Source of the DNA: Rhina ancylostomus
Lineage: Eukaryota
Direction of reading: 5' to 3'
Length of the DNA: 64,000 bases
Assembly (NCBI GenBank): GCA_030265395.1
Contig: JARFYF010000057.1
Span: 15,590,099-15,654,098, forward strand
Shown: piece after piece, positions 62,641 to 64,000 of the stretch
Numbering within the stretch: position 1 is the first letter of the stretch
Layout: each line of letters begins with the position of its first letter
Made by a program: the position numbers and the translations under genes
The notes under the pieces: generated by a model
The model's database searches: none
What the model was told of the DNA's origin: nothing
Seen by the model: only the letters and a program-made list of their open reading frames with translations

Positions 62641-64000
62641 GGAAGGAAAGTATACAATTAAATGGCACACTTTTGGAAAGTAGATGAGAAGAGATTAAAC
62701 TATGTTGATATGCAGTTAAAGGGACAGTGATGGAGATGAGCTACAACAGGACAAAAGGTTGAGTGGATCTCAAGGATGGGAGAGTGCAGCAGCTGTTCCA
62801 AGAAGTCAATAGGGAATTTTACTAAGTGGTCCTTCATTCACAATCGTAGGCAAGTTGCAAGATCAGTAGGCAAGTGCTCCCCACTGCATTGTCATCTCCT
62901 CTGAGACTGCACCTACTCCAGACCTACTTAATCTCAGTTTGGAATGCAGAAGGGAGGAAGTTGTGTTTCAGTTGTGTCTTGGTCAAACTCCGTCTAGAGC
63001 AGGTGAAGAGTATGTAACCTCCTGATTCTTATCAAAATGTACCATCCTGCACAACCCTCTTTTGATGTCTTCCTCTATTTAGCCGCAGTCATCATTTAAA
63101 TAAACGATACCTCCCAATATGGTGTCATCTTCAAATTTTAAAATCACACTTCTGACTTCCAAGGTTAGTTGGTTTTATAAATCGTGCAGAGTAGTGGCCT
63201 CTTTGGAACACTGTTTCCCTCCTCTTGTTCCCCTCTCGTTAACCACCCTGAGTCTTGTCTTTAGAGATTTGCAATCCATTCTGCTACATGCCCCCTGACT
63301 CTATACGTTCTGACCTTGGAAATTAACCATTGTTAATATTGAAGGCCTTCTGTTGAAAGACTTTGCTGGGATTGGTCAAATAAGACCTTTTTGAATCCAT
63401 ATTGGTCTTGTTTTCAGTTTTCATATGCTTTTCTGTTATATTTTTATCTTCTTTTGGAATTGGACTACCATTTATTGGCCACCCCCAATTGCCCTAGAGA
63501 AGGTGGTAGAGAACCAGTTCTCCTCTTGAACAAACCTGTGTTCTCTCTTTCTCGGTTCTGATGAAGGATCTTCAACCCAAAACATTAATTGATTTTTCTT
63601 TCCATAGATACTGCTTGACAGGCTGAACTCTCCCAGCATTTCTGAGTCACTGGAGCTCATGTAGTGTGGGTATTCTACAGTGTTTTCATCTTGACAAACC
63701 AAGGACTTTGACTGCGTGATATGGAATAGTTTGGGGAAGTGCTGTCTGAGAAGCATTTGGAAATTGACGCAGCACATCTTGTAGGTGGACACTGCAGCCA
63801 TTATTACAGTGATGCCCCCCGTGTTAAGCTGAAAGGTCTATAAATCCATTGACTTCCTTTTTCAAATATAACTATTATCTTAGCTGTCTGCCAGTCTTTT
63901 GACAGTAATATAAGAATGCTTGTAAATGCGGAGCCTTGGATTATGAAAGAAATCCTCAGCTACCACAAGAACAATGTCTTTCAAACCTCTTGACACCTTA

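Overview
Vertebrate (eukaryotic) genomic DNA from a gappy scaffold. The repeat content (CR1, RTE and Rex1/Babar LINE relics, HE1/V-SINE-type SINEs, Penelope-derived inverted repeats) points to a cartilaginous fish, probably a ray or shark; this is inference. Three recognisable + strand genes were reconstructed by eye: SHC2 (12 coding exons, 374-28304, plus a terminal exon to about 33.1 kb), TPGS1 (2 exons, 35924-37756) and CDC34/UBE2R (exons 1, 3, 4 and 5 visible, 45033-52287; exon 2 probably in an N gap). A CpG-island promoter with an ATG-less first exon of an unidentified gene lies at about 59.1-59.6 kb. The most novel-looking element is a candidate orphan gene on the - strand between TPGS1 and CDC34 (about 39.7-41.1 kb). 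It has splice signals and a polyA signal, and encodes a hydrophobic N-terminus, an acidic segment, at least 6 copies of a 24-aa (72-bp) repeat whose core varies mostly at synonymous positions, and an Arg-rich tail. Also notable: an F-to-I change at the ShcA F198-equivalent PTB residue in SHC2, decayed minimal hammerhead-ribozyme cores in Penelope-derived repeats, and a ZNF143/multi-CCAAT promoter that could be bidirectional. Repeat boundaries are approximate, gene names rest on recalled orthologue sequences, and no database search was run.
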